This document shows, in pieces, positions 11,401-19,985 of a stretch of 64,000 nucleotides of DNA (its first letter is position 1; each line of letters opens with the position of its first letter). Source of the DNA: a virus (taxonomy: Duplodnaviria > Caudoviricetes); the IMG/VR virus record IMGVR_UViG_3300044719_000253, positions 162,012-226,011 of that record; one strand, given 5' to 3'. The notes beneath the pieces are model-generated. The model did no database searches. It worked only from the letters and a program-made list of their open reading frames with translations, and had not been told where the DNA came from. The position numbers were made by a program, and so were the translations under genes.

Positions 11401-12651
11401 TCCACCAGCAACGCCGTTCAAGCGGCGGTCGGTAGCAACGCTACTGTGGCGACCGGTCAAGTCGTGACCAACCCGAACAGCATGAACGGGAATGGCATGG
11501 CGGGTGGGCGGGAAATGAACCAACCTGGTCGCGGGACTGGCGGTGATATCAATGCCATCCCGAAACCACAGGGCAACAAGAGTTGGGCAGCCCTGAAGGA
11601 TACGATTCTGGCGGCAGCCAAGATGGTGGGGGTGGATGGGAAACTCATGGCTGCGATGGCGGCAGTGGAGTCCGGGTTTGATTACTCGGTCAAAGCAGCC
11701 AAAACCTCGGCCACGGGTCTGTACCAGTTTGTGGCGAATACCTGGAATTGGATGCTGAAGAAATATGGCGCCAAGTACGGGATCGCCCCAGGCACCCCCG
11801 CCACCGATCCGCGCGCGAATGCGCTGATGGGCGCGGAATACCTGAAGGAGAGTGTGAATGCATTGGAAGGCAAGATCGGTCGACCACTCACCGATACTGA
11901 CATCTACTTCTCACACTTCTTAGGACCGGCTGGCGCGAAGAAGTTCTTGACCGCTGACCCGAATGCCCTGGGCGCCATGATCTTGCCGGAAGCCGCCGCG
12001 GCCAACCGCTCAATCTTCTATAGCCGTAACGGTGGACCATTGACCGTGGGACAAATCTACCAGTTGGTGAACAGCCGACTGCAAAATAAATCCCAAGGGT
12101 TGTCGATCGATGGCGGCGAAGCGACGGTTGCCACCCAAGCTACCGAAGCCCCTCCGGCTACGGCGAAGAAAGATGACGGGAAAGCCACGGCGCCGAAACC
12201 GGCGTTCGGGTTGGGGATGCCGGGCTTGCCTGGTAATTCACCGAGTCCGACGACCGCACAGGCACCGGCTCCGGTATCCTCGACATCGACCCAGGTTCCA
12301 GTGGCACCAAGTGCTCCTGCTATCAACCCAATGCTGGGTGGGGGCTTCATGCCACCGACGCGTACGCAGGACCAACTGGCCACGGCCCAGCAACAGATGG
12401 AAGTGCGGGTGGCGAACCTGACCGATACCAACAAGATTCTGTCGGACTCGTATAACGTTCAACGGGATTCACTGAAGGTGTTGGAACAGATTCGCGATGG
12501 CTTAGGTAAACTCAATGTGGCACCGAGTGCGCCGACACCCACCCCTGTTACCCCAGTGGCGGGCTCGCCAGCGGTGATGGCGCGCCAGCGTCAATCCAGC
12601 GAACTGCCACGGGCGCCGGTCTCGGTGGCGCGCCCCGCTGCACCGTTCTAA
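5470..12651 (+). CDS. Tail tape measure protein with C-terminal lytic transglycosylase (phiKZ gp181-like)
   Basis: 2393 aa, helical and Ala/Gly-rich with a hydrophobic central segment. SLT motifs AAVESGF...SATGLYQF...ANALMGAEYL...YFSHFLG. Divergent from the RNAP genes. Confidence 0.9.
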   Translation: MAKQSNNERLDLDSYDFGDEFNFDEFSLEPKPVKTKREAIERIGEGVWEGTKDTVKSPSFFREFIKKALPRGYGDMVDLLDQGASSVRELYNEGEKEAKPLLRDVSRAIDKMMPASSKYLPKSAEKLLKDFADRNREQTQAGVGANSATDLAVAAMLADTFRYGAKEDTRREAKQDARETIRDAVENDRFNSNIAQLDGIRKSVVSMAAYQRRVEFGYHKKSLELQARQYFVNVEMLNEMKRSNLRTGEMLSGILHNTALPDVVKLKTSEKFKDMLRNKLMAGLQDGIFGQRNNFVQNLGKAFREQALGSLQHFIGGARDGITGAEMASDSMAMAQDMGMDKFRMAGNVVGGEGAKWLGKLAATRLGKRISESTSRHTQSLRRFGNRLQHGVENAPQIATDWSNTASDASSSIDQFLENRFGERLSDNKRRFLSNLLGGVGDPLMDLAKGTIRRTNSRATQVKEGGVGDLYTPAVFNNQAHKSLVEVIPGYLARIYQELQIQRTGDTSIDLAQYDYASGRFSTTRAVRQATFHRLFDESSRNGVKYERERLLELVDPRGELTPEQRKELADRLMQDNLRGRAGYETGRISNYTRAGSFGESRHGDKFAELFKRLAEKDKTTEGATNVDFAARFRGVGRSAANRENEIQQLLEVYPRDLLEDMGLLKPGSSQIDTAKINAYFGGDVYTANGVPGLAGAGRRRIRQGGANTRLTHAESAPITSMADEVKRLIEIIELQNTKPLVSDIKEILLAMQADLHHPGGAGPSTLDRVIDGVGSATRATAQAAQRTGRQFMNQNQRRVAALVEQAKRRARRAQRRATVGAGRLQQRYQPQLDAVRDMWDHRDEGLSHLGGMLRNRWDQWRGYAEEAYDHLHGDEFRDQVRQARTRAGNAMRNAQTQARGVGEQLLRNVQGQSEALRQAAAAGREKNVFTEIKEILLAIRDRLEDGIITTGGVPPEGVLRRAGGATRRGLSRLNMRLTDLVKGGFGLVSGTARLGGRVVNGLVGGSARLGWGLAKGTAGLAGDAVGFAVSSQYRRARGFVDIYVGNERKPRLYGRMLQEGNVYFDKESGKPIRRLKDIVGDVVRHTAEGEQLIMSAEEIEHAWQKIGPVKKTLKALGVTAKSAYGIGKKIFGVAMDGVPPVFRMAMWGAKKAWGLLDMAQDIFVRDRLDSPAMTARLMRAGSYYSATSWKVIKRPSQIDGPVLIGEGDQAETVLTHDDLRKGLVDKNGKTIRTGLSKLLFTATAGIRKVTGLAWRVGKQVNAAAVGLVKNGIKLGKAAVKTGVNTIGGAFDLLRGKNPFAQKTSTEVLAASAHIQLEQNSFLKEIRDLLRERLPKPKEHSDWDSNGDGIRDGSYEDQLRQKAEAEGAQAPMAKGPGVGARIKNGAKALWGKLRGKKDEDGEEGGDINVTAGGGNTGETRDERRKRRMARRPGGSWATSKGWKGKGKFLLGKAGGLLKGVGKFGLGLLGLGELGLGGVLAGAGGMLASGAAAVGGALATAGTAIAGVLSAPVLLGAAAVAGVAAGAYFGYKYLTRKKLGLLSRVRYVQYGFAPQDTDHLAAVFGLEDKLKDAIIYGKDEAKLDPKRCDPMTLFKDFDVSQDDKTAMENWIHWFSVRFKPIFLTHAAGLKAVAGDKWLSDVDGLEPAVALQYLNAVRCPDGAYNDGTSPFKDLDTLKMGAGDVQAIIQLAERELKRKAPDAQAAGVVAAGAVGATAVAKAGEVAVGSTTPGGVSAKALAQAGLATSVQPAKGAQVMASGSSVVLESLGVNKLDGVDVVRFKAYGLVKMELDKVRALQALEKALTPKLSYVKNVATWSGSVEQQVLVSGAAFGVDTSNDAMTANWISWFNQRFLPVFLNYASLMKAQTGKDDPVEGKSLLKAAQAVDVATALYTTSTNGGSIWNVSVSPWEGYALNTDVRSTDGNLQGLKDMAKAVILTEPGGKGANQPTAGKSTANSQTTPAVTPSTGVWGSIKDFWKSTSNAVQAAVGSNATVATGQVVTNPNSMNGNGMAGGREMNQPGRGTGGDINAIPKPQGNKSWAALKDTILAAAKMVGVDGKLMAAMAAVESGFDYSVKAAKTSATGLYQFVANTWNWMLKKYGAKYGIAPGTPATDPRANALMGAEYLKESVNALEGKIGRPLTDTDIYFSHFLGPAGAKKFLTADPNALGAMILPEAAAANRSIFYSRNGGPLTVGQIYQLVNSRLQNKSQGLSIDGGEATVATQATEAPPATAKKDDGKATAPKPAFGLGMPGLPGNSPSPTTAQAPAPVSSTSTQVPVAPSAPAINPMLGGGFMPPTRTQDQLATAQQQMEVRVANLTDTNKILSDSYNVQRDSLKVLEQIRDGLGKLNVAPSAPTPTPVTPVAGSPAVMARQRQSSELPRAPVSVARPAAPF

Positions 12652-12658
12652 TGTAGTA

Positions 12659-12688
12659 CCACGGGGGCTCAACACCCCCGTGGCCTTT
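12659..12688 (+). terminator. Intrinsic terminator-like hairpin
   Basis: CCACGGGGG-loop-CCCCCGTGG followed by CCTTTT. Confidence 0.5.
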
Positions 12689-12700
12689 TGAGGATGTATT

Positions 12701-14686
12701 ATGGCAGTCAAACCAGACTCTTCATGGGTACGGCGCTCCTTCCTGGTGAAGAAGGATGAGCTTGACCCCCAATCGGAAGATTATCGGCGGCGGTTCTTTA
12801 CCACTGCCGTGATCGACTACACGGACACCCGTCCGGGTGGCAGCATCTGTATCAACCCACCGGCTTCACGCACCCGTTTTGCCGATATCCGGGTACAAAA
12901 CGCTTTGACCGGCAGTCTCGGTAAAGGGCGGGCGTACAAGGAAATCATCGATGACAATTCGCAGATCATTCACATGCGTTTTGGCATTGAGATGCACAAC
13001 TCACTCACCAGTTTCTTCACGGGCTTTTACAACAGTTCCGCGGCGCAAATCGCCCGCACCGGGCGGGTGAGCAATCGCTTCTTTTACGCCATCGGTCAGC
13101 TCGGTGGTTTCGTGATTCAGTTGGCGTCGTGGAAATTGCTGGCGGTGCACTTCTTGGGCGCCGCAGTGAACTTCCTTTCCAAAGTCCCACAAACCAAGTT
13201 CTACTATTCCAAGCCAGCGATGCCGTTGTATTGGAACGCAGTCTCCACCATGGTCAACCACATGGCGGTGAACCGGGGAGTGGTGCCGCGGGTGTTTGGT
13301 AATGCCAGTGAAGTGATCGATCCGGGTTATACCGGTGCCGCTGCCGGACCGCTGATGCATGACAAGATGCCCACCATCTTTGGCCCGAAAGGCAGTATCG
13401 ATGTGTATGCATTGGCCAACCGCGCCAAACGGCTGGAGCGGCAGCGGATGGCGTTACTCAAGCAGCGGCTGGACCAGATGCAAGCCTTGGGGATTGCGGA
13501 TCTGGAAAAGGCCACGCGCGAAATCATGTCGACCCCGCTACCATTACCCGGCAGTAAAGATCCGAACCTGGAAGACTACCTGCAATCGTGGTTGGAAGCA
13601 GCCCCGGCTAAATCCACCACCGGCGATAAAGGTAGTCCAAGTGAATCACTGGAAGACACCTTCCAAAACGGCACAGACCAGGCCGATGGGTTGATCGCCT
13701 CGTTGGTCAAGTTCGGACAAGCCGAGCTGGATGATGGCGCGGCGTTCGCTTCGTTTCGGGTGAATGCCACGGGCCCGATACAAGATTCATTCACCAGTGG
13801 TGTCGGTGAATCCAACCTGGCCACCCGAGTCAACGGGATGTCGGCGGACATGCGCAGCAAGCGCTTTGACTTTGCCGATGGTAATTTGGTTGGCGGGGCG
13901 ATTGGTGCAATGTTCGGGGAAGTCAAAGATGCGGTGACCTCGTTCGGTCAAGGAATGCTCGATTCGGTCCAGATGTCAGGTCTGGCAACGCTTGCGGGCA
14001 ATGCGTTCGTCGATATGCCGAAGTACTGGCAAAACTCGACCGCAAACCTGGGGCGCTCGACCTACACCATGAACCTGGTATCGCCGTACCACAACCCGAT
14101 CTCGCAGATTCTCAACATCGATATCCCGCTGGCGATGATCTTGGCAGGGGTGCTGCCGAAATCTACCGGCGCGCAATCGTACACGGCCCCGTTCCTGGTT
14201 GAGTTGTATGACCAAGGGCGTTGCCAAACACGGTTGGGGATGATCGATTCCGTGTCGATCACCCGTGGCGTTGGTAACGTCGGCTTCAGCCAAGACGGTA
14301 AAGCGTTGGGGGTGGATGTCACGTTCAGTATCGTTGACATGTCGTCCATCATGCACATGCCGATCGCCGAAAACTTCAGTTTCACCCAAGGGGTGGCGCA
14401 AGCCATCGGTCAAGCTATTGGTGGTGAAACCGGTCAAGTGGCAGCAGTCGCATTGACAGGATCAGCGTTCACCCCCGATACCGTGTATTCGGACTATCTG
14501 GCAGTGCTCTCGGGTATGGCGTTGAATGACCAGATCTACGGGTTCCGGAACTTGAAGCTGAACCTTACCCGGGAACTGGCCAAGTACGAGCAGTGGAAGT
14601 CCCCTGCCCACCTGGCCAGCTTCTTGGGCGATACCTTCCCTGCCCGAGCCTTGGGGATGTTTTACCGTGGTACGGACAAACAGTAG
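12701..14686 (+). CDS. Tail tip/baseplate structural protein (phiKZ gp182-like)
   Basis: 661 aa directly after the tape measure. Contains a tube-like segment (RLGMIDSVSITRG...VDVTFSIVDMS). Assignment rests on synteny. Confidence 0.7.
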   Translation: MAVKPDSSWVRRSFLVKKDELDPQSEDYRRRFFTTAVIDYTDTRPGGSICINPPASRTRFADIRVQNALTGSLGKGRAYKEIIDDNSQIIHMRFGIEMHNSLTSFFTGFYNSSAAQIARTGRVSNRFFYAIGQLGGFVIQLASWKLLAVHFLGAAVNFLSKVPQTKFYYSKPAMPLYWNAVSTMVNHMAVNRGVVPRVFGNASEVIDPGYTGAAAGPLMHDKMPTIFGPKGSIDVYALANRAKRLERQRMALLKQRLDQMQALGIADLEKATREIMSTPLPLPGSKDPNLEDYLQSWLEAAPAKSTTGDKGSPSESLEDTFQNGTDQADGLIASLVKFGQAELDDGAAFASFRVNATGPIQDSFTSGVGESNLATRVNGMSADMRSKRFDFADGNLVGGAIGAMFGEVKDAVTSFGQGMLDSVQMSGLATLAGNAFVDMPKYWQNSTANLGRSTYTMNLVSPYHNPISQILNIDIPLAMILAGVLPKSTGAQSYTAPFLVELYDQGRCQTRLGMIDSVSITRGVGNVGFSQDGKALGVDVTFSIVDMSSIMHMPIAENFSFTQGVAQAIGQAIGGETGQVAAVALTGSAFTPDTVYSDYLAVLSGMALNDQIYGFRNLKLNLTRELAKYEQWKSPAHLASFLGDTFPARALGMFYRGTDKQ

Positions 14687-14737
14687 CAAAAAAGAAAGAC
14701 GGCATACGCCTCTCCTACCCTTGCGGGTAGGAGAGGG
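14687..14737. terminator. Bidirectional terminator-like hairpin, near-identical to 63727-63778
   Basis: A-tract, then GCATACG, then a 12-bp stem CCTCTCCTACCC/GGGTAGGAGAGG, between convergent genes. Confidence 0.75.
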
Positions 14738-14741
14738 TAGG

Positions 14742-16022
14742 TCATTGCAAAATCGTATCAACGTCCAAAGCGCTGATCTGCATTGGTGTGAACGTAAGAT
14801 TGCTATTGGTGGTCTGGGTGCCGATACTGGTCACCGTGGTCGGAAATGCACGGCTGAGTTCTGCTTCCGGTGAAGTGCTGGCAAACATCCCGCCCACCGC
14901 CAACCATTTCTTTTCCGGATCAGTCGAATTGATCGCCCCCTTGACCATGGTGGTACGAAAGTCTGCACTGCCTTCTTGGATCAAGGAGATATCAGTCACC
15001 GGAAAATCAACGACTGGCAAGTGAGTGGCGACATCCACTTTCATCCGGTCTTCGCGCATCCAGCCTGGGTCGATGGCATCGAGGGTGTCATTGATATCAG
15101 TGAAATCGGCAAGCCGAGTGGCGTTCGAGATGGGTGCCGTGTCCGAGGGCCTGTACCCGGTGGACAGATTCTTGCCCAAGGATTTTCCAACCGATCGTAA
15201 CGCTGGCGCCCCGACCGTGGTGACTACGTCTTTCAAGCCCCCAATATTCCCAGTCCCGCTGGCGTAACGGGTGGCCGCGTTGGCGGCAGCTAAGATGATC
15301 TGTTGGTCGTTGCCCGCCAAAGTCGAGAGTGAACTGAATGAGTTATTCATACCGCAGCTCATCCCGCCCATCGACAAGCCCGCAATCAAACGGGCGGTGC
15401 CATCTTTATCAACAATGTTGGTGTTATTGGTGCCCATCACATTGTTGATCAGCGACCCCATCTGGAACGATTGGTTGACGCTGTTATTGGGCAACCGCAC
15501 CATGTTAGTGCCGACTTGACCGTAGGTGCCCATCACCGAGGGAATCGGGGTATTGAACAACCGTTTGACTTCTTCAGGCATGGCGTTATTGCGCAGCGCG
15601 GTAGCAACCGAGGTCAAGCCCGCACCATTCAACCCTGGGATACCGCTAAGCGAACCACTGGACAGGCGCGCCAACAAGCTGGGACCGGACATACTGGCCA
15701 GGGCTTTGATACCGGATACGCCGCCGACGGCTTTGGACATCGAGGAAGCGTACGACTTGACCGTGTCGAGGAAGCCACCCGAAGTAGCTGATTTCACCGC
15801 GCTCGCGCTACCGCCGATGGAGTCGAGGGTTGGCAGATTGGCCAACATGGCATTGCCGCCGCGCAGCTCGCTGGTGATGTCGCTGACGTCGGCGATGGCA
15901 GACGGGACGGGCAGATCGTTAATCACCGCATCGCTTTGGATCTCATACACGTCCGGCGTTGCGAGGTCATCTTGAGGACCTGCCACAAAGGTGGTTGATG
16001 CAAGAGGGCGATTCGTTAACAT
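14742..16022 (-). CDS. Hypothetical Gly/Ser/Ala-rich protein, possibly a virion component
   Basis: 426-aa ORF with coding-like bias. No motif recognised. Confidence 0.7.
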   Translation of the reverse strand: MLTNRPLASTTFVAGPQDDLATPDVYEIQSDAVINDLPVPSAIADVSDITSELRGGNAMLANLPTLDSIGGSASAVKSATSGGFLDTVKSYASSMSKAVGGVSGIKALASMSGPSLLARLSSGSLSGIPGLNGAGLTSVATALRNNAMPEEVKRLFNTPIPSVMGTYGQVGTNMVRLPNNSVNQSFQMGSLINNVMGTNNTNIVDKDGTARLIAGLSMGGMSCGMNNSFSSLSTLAGNDQQIILAAANAATRYASGTGNIGGLKDVVTTVGAPALRSVGKSLGKNLSTGYRPSDTAPISNATRLADFTDINDTLDAIDPGWMREDRMKVDVATHLPVVDFPVTDISLIQEGSADFRTTMVKGAINSTDPEKKWLAVGGMFASTSPEAELSRAFPTTVTSIGTQTTNSNLTFTPMQISALDVDTILQ

Positions 16023-16037
16023 ACGCTACCTTTAAGC

Positions 16038-16066
16038 AAAAAAAAGACACCCCAGCACGGGGTGTC
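16038..16066 (-). terminator. Intrinsic terminator
   Basis: GACACCCC/GGGGTGTC stem with an 8-A tract (U-tract on minus). Confidence 0.7.
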
Positions 16067-16080
16067 CAAAGGGAAGTAAA

Positions 16081-16659
16081 TTAAGCCTTACGCAAACGTT
16101 CGTAGAATTCCGAACTGAGTGGCGTGGGCTGGCGCTGTTGTTGCATGAGTTCGCGCAGGTGGCTTAAGGTTTTCATCAGCATCACCGCATTGCCTTGTCG
16201 AATCGGGACCTTCCCATCACCGTGGAAATAATACGCATCGAACGGTAAATTTGATTCGGTAAACAGTGCGGCTATCACAGGATGTTGTTGCAACTGGGCG
16301 TGAAGCGCCTGCAGAAACACTTCTGACTCTTGCGGAATCTCGCGCTTACTCAGCACGCCCAGGCGGCATTGTTCCCGGTAATAGCGTTTGGCTTCGGTGC
16401 CATTCAGGTGGCGGAAGGCATCATCACGGCAACCGGTACGCACGTACAGCATGAAACCTTCGATACATTTGAACGGACCGAAATACGGATGGGTGAAACG
16501 GGCGATGTAGTAGGTCGATAACATCCGGCCCAGTTTGGTTTGGCTGTCCTTGTAATGAACGTTGATGTGAGTGAGGCCATCCAGAGCCGGCTCTGGCGGC
16601 GGCATAGTCGTTGGGGTAGGCTTAGGTGTTGGCATAGGACGGAGTGCAGCGTTCATCAT
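16081..16659 (-). CDS. NADAR / T4 gp30.3-like protein (putative ADP-ribosyl hydrolase)
   Basis: HINVHYKDSQTKLGRMLS...FTHPYFGPFKCIEGF...LNGTEAK resembles phage NADAR proteins. Confidence 0.55.
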   Translation of the reverse strand: MMNAALRPMPTPKPTPTTMPPPEPALDGLTHINVHYKDSQTKLGRMLSTYYIARFTHPYFGPFKCIEGFMLYVRTGCRDDAFRHLNGTEAKRYYREQCRLGVLSKREIPQESEVFLQALHAQLQQHPVIAALFTESNLPFDAYYFHGDGKVPIRQGNAVMLMKTLSHLRELMQQQRQPTPLSSEFYERLRKA

Positions 16660-17303
16660 TGGTAGATCGGATCATCGTTGGCGCCATCGGCTTCGGGCGG
16701 TTCATCTTCATCGTCCTCATCCTCGTCATCGTCGTCGGTATCTGTGCCGAGGTCGGTGTGGACAATCCCGGCTTGGATGTCGTCCGGATGGGGGTCGAGG
16801 AACACAATGGGTTCTTGGTCTTCGGGGACGGGCAGGTTCGCCGCCTGGGGATTGTCGGCGCGTTCTTCCAGCACCTGTTCCAATTCCTCTTTGAAGCGCG
16901 GATCATTCAACAACAGATCGTCGTCCAAGTTCGCCATAGTGCGGTGTACGGTGATGTGGCCATCACGGTGCCGGGCTTCCAACGTAATACGAAACTCGAT
17001 GATTTGCGCAAACCGCAGCGCTTTACAAAACACCTTCCAGCTCATGGCCGGATTGGAAAATTCCTTATTCAGATTACCGCGGTTGTCCGCATGCTCCTTG
17101 TTGTTCTTCTTGGAGCGGTTTTTAGGGTCGTTCAAGAAACGATCCATCAACATCCAGAAACGGTATCCGGACACATGATTTTCTTTCAAGAAAATCCGCC
17201 AGAGTTTCGAGAGCAATCCCCACGAACCGTAGGTTTTGTTGATGCCCTTATTGGGATCATCCAACATTTGCTGGACCGGACGTACCCGTTTACGATCAGC
17301 CAT
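16656..17303 (-). CDS. Hypothetical protein with acidic C-terminal tail
   Basis: 215-aa ORF with ATGA overlap to the next gene and a DDDDEDEDDEDE tail. Confidence 0.75.
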   Translation of the reverse strand: MADRKRVRPVQQMLDDPNKGINKTYGSWGLLSKLWRIFLKENHVSGYRFWMLMDRFLNDPKNRSKKNNKEHADNRGNLNKEFSNPAMSWKVFCKALRFAQIIEFRITLEARHRDGHITVHRTMANLDDDLLLNDPRFKEELEQVLEERADNPQAANLPVPEDQEPIVFLDPHPDDIQAGIVHTDLGTDTDDDDEDEDDEDEPPEADGANDDPIYQ

Positions 17304-17375
17304 GGCTACCTCAAAGTAAAAGTAAAGTCAAAGAAAGTAAAGCAAAACAAAAGTCAAAGAAAAGTCAAAAGAAAG

Positions 17376-17903
17376 TTAAGAGCGGAATTTGATCTCGGCG
17401 GCGATCTCCATTAACCCGGTACCCAAGTCATACAGCGTGAACAACAACGCATTGAGCATACGCAGGTTATACGAATAGTAATCGGTCGGTTGGGTCTGCT
17501 CAACGTGGCTAATCAGTTCCAGGACACTGAGTTGCAAGGTACGCAGGGCCTCATAGACCGAAGGTAGATAACAACCATCTTCGGTCAACAGGAACCGATT
17601 GATGGGGCGGGAAAAGTGTTGGTATTGTACGCGCTCTTGATCGATGTAGTGTTGACGCTCCAGTTGTTGAATGTGGCGGGTGATATCGTGCACACACGCC
17701 TCGATGGTGGGATGGGCCACTTGCACCACTTTACCGCGCCCATCGTTCAAGGTGAACTTTTGATACGGCGATAAATCCATGGCACTGTAAATCACCCGTA
17801 CCCGTTCGATGATTGGCAGTTGTGCCAGATCGACCTCTGGTTCTTTGGTGATGATGGGCTTGCTGAGCGCAGCACGTACCCGTTCCCAGATGGGTTTAAA
17901 CAT
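17376..17903 (-). CDS. Hypothetical protein
   Basis: 175-aa ORF with AAGGAG RBS. Confidence 0.75.
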   Translation of the reverse strand: MFKPIWERVRAALSKPIITKEPEVDLAQLPIIERVRVIYSAMDLSPYQKFTLNDGRGKVVQVAHPTIEACVHDITRHIQQLERQHYIDQERVQYQHFSRPINRFLLTEDGCYLPSVYEALRTLQLSVLELISHVEQTQPTDYYSYNLRMLNALLFTLYDLGTGLMEIAAEIKFRS

Positions 17904-18004
17904 GGACTCTCCTTGTAGAAATTACACATGCTTACATTTTAATGATATAGACCTGAGATCTGTTAGAATCTCTGTGAACCGCATACGTTTATAAGGACTG
18001 CATA

Positions 18005-18553
18005 ATGAGCGCTGAAGACGATTTCGATGGGGTGGAAGAACAGTACCCCGCTATCCAGCAACAAGCCAAGGAAGTCATGAGCACCCCAGCGGAAGTGAGT
18101 TACGTGCCGCCGTTGCCGAGCAACCCCACCGATGTGCTGGACCTGGACAATGTGTTGGCTTTTACCCAGAATGTACGTCTGGGGGCGATCAAGACACTGA
18201 ACCATGCGCTCAAACAAGGCGTGGATTCGGAAACTGTCAATGCGCTGTTGAAAGCGGCGAGCGATATGGACAAAGCGGTGGTTAACCGTCGCCGCGTTGG
18301 TATCGAAGAAGAAGCGGCCAAAACGTCGGAACAAACCCAACGCGATACGGCGGCGATCTTGCGCAGTCTGGCTGGCAAAGCCAATGCGTTCCGCTTGGCC
18401 CCGAATGAAGTCGATCCCAACCGCAAAGCCCCGAGTCTGGATGCCACCATTCCGCTGCCGGAAGGGGTGCCGGATGAAACCGCGATCGGCACGCAACAGA
18501 TGACATACGACGGCTTCGCCAAAGAGAATGGTTTCCAAACCCCCCAGTCGTAA
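18005..18553 (+). CDS. Hypothetical protein
   Basis: 182-aa ORF with AAGGA RBS, followed by hairpins. Confidence 0.75.
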   Translation: MSAEDDFDGVEEQYPAIQQQAKEVMSTPAEVSYVPPLPSNPTDVLDLDNVLAFTQNVRLGAIKTLNHALKQGVDSETVNALLKAASDMDKAVVNRRRVGIEEEAAKTSEQTQRDTAAILRSLAGKANAFRLAPNEVDPNRKAPSLDATIPLPEGVPDETAIGTQQMTYDGFAKENGFQTPQS

Positions 18554-18579
18554 CTGGGGGCTGGGTTACCTGCCTGCAA

Positions 18580-18620
18580 CCTACTACCCAACCCTCGCGG
18601 GCGGGTAGTAGGGGCGTATG
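18580..18620. terminator. Hairpin between convergent genes
   Basis: CCTACTACCC/GGGTAGTAGG arms followed by GGCGTATG. Confidence 0.6.
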
Positions 18621-18623
18621 ATG

Positions 18624-19367
18624 TCAATTCACTGGCTGGACGATGCTAAATTGTTCAATGGGTAGGAACTGAAGGTCTAAACCGCCACGTATTCCACGTT
18701 GTAATGCTTCAAAAGGTCCCCAATCAAATTCGGTTTGCTGTTGTGCGATCTCTTCTTCAGTGGGTGTATGAACAAAATAGAGAGCTGGCGCAAAAAGCGT
18801 GACCTCGGGCATGGGTCGTTGGGTAAGCGCAAGCTGTTGCACCTTGAGCCAATGTTCGTAATCGTACATCAACATCGCTGAGAAATTGGTTTTGCAGTAA
18901 TCAGGGGTTAGCGCTTCATCAGGTAAGTGTTCCGCAACGACAGAGAGGGGTGCTTTGACCCCAGGGTCGGGTAGTAACTTAGTGACTACGGCTCCCAAAA
19001 TCTGCTGGGTGATTTCATCAGAGAGCTGGTACGGGTACGTGTTGATCACCACGCGCACACCTTGGTGGAACGGCCTGGATAATGTTTGCTTCAGCAGCGA
19101 AAGAACGAGTTCACGCAAAAACGTGTCGATGTTAGTCGAGCACGACAAAGCAAGCGTCTCTTCATCGCGTGCAGCATACAGAGTTTTGTAGGCTTCCACA
19201 CTCACGGCTGGAAAGTTATCATCCTTTCGGTTATGATAGTTTCCTTGTAATACTTGTAAAGCCACTGCATGACCGGCCAACTTGGCCACGGTCGCAATGC
19301 GGGTATCGAGGAGAACATCCAACGATACCAGTACACCGGATACTACTGTGTCGGCAGAAGCTGTCAT
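18624..19367 (-). CDS. Hypothetical protein with degenerate HAD-like N-terminus
   Basis: 247 aa. VLVSLDVLLDTR resembles HAD motif I but lacks the first Asp. Confidence 0.6.
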   Translation of the reverse strand: MTASADTVVSGVLVSLDVLLDTRIATVAKLAGHAVALQVLQGNYHNRKDDNFPAVSVEAYKTLYAARDEETLALSCSTNIDTFLRELVLSLLKQTLSRPFHQGVRVVINTYPYQLSDEITQQILGAVVTKLLPDPGVKAPLSVVAEHLPDEALTPDYCKTNFSAMLMYDYEHWLKVQQLALTQRPMPEVTLFAPALYFVHTPTEEEIAQQQTEFDWGPFEALQRGIRGGLDLQFLPIEQFSIVQPVN

Positions 19368-19398
19368 GACACGGTGTCTCTTTCAGTTTTGGATGTGT

Positions 19399-19926
19399 TT
19401 ATTGGTCTTGGTTATTATTGGTACCGGGCGTTTGTAATACCTCGTGTACCATCGGGATGAAAGCGATCGACAGCAAAATCACCACCACCCAATTGTTGGA
19501 TGCCAGCAACTTCTTGGCGTCCGTATGCGTCAGAATCTCCTGGGGGAATTGCTCGGGCATGCCGGACAACTCCACCAGATCTTGGTCTTCCAACCCCAAC
19601 GCTTCGGCTGCACCCAGATCGAGTGAAGCACTTTGAGCGAGGAGGTCGATGACCGTCCCCACCATCGATTGGCCGTACGCAAACGCCACGCGGGTAAAAA
19701 ACACGTAGCGGGTGTTAAATAGCCAATCGCGAAACACTTCGTCGGCAAACACTTCGTCGTTTTTCTCGTTGAAGTGGTCTTGCGAGAACAAGTACAGGGC
19801 GGTCCAACTGCCTGCGATTTCAATCAGCTTGGTGCGGACTTTGATCGCTTGTTCATCCGACAAATTACTCAGCGTCTGTCGGACCGTTTCGATGAAGATC
19901 GGCCCGACCTCGTTAAAATTCTGCAT
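19399..19926 (-). CDS. Hypothetical protein with C-terminal hydrophobic helix
   Basis: 175-aa ORF ending WVVVILLSIAFIPMV. Confidence 0.7.
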   Translation of the reverse strand: MQNFNEVGPIFIETVRQTLSNLSDEQAIKVRTKLIEIAGSWTALYLFSQDHFNEKNDEVFADEVFRDWLFNTRYVFFTRVAFAYGQSMVGTVIDLLAQSASLDLGAAEALGLEDQDLVELSGMPEQFPQEILTHTDAKKLLASNNWVVVILLSIAFIPMVHEVLQTPGTNNNQDQ

Positions 19927-19985
19927 TTCCCCGTCCGCAACATTTTTGGTGTTATTTATCGATTGTCAAATCGACAGCACAGCGA

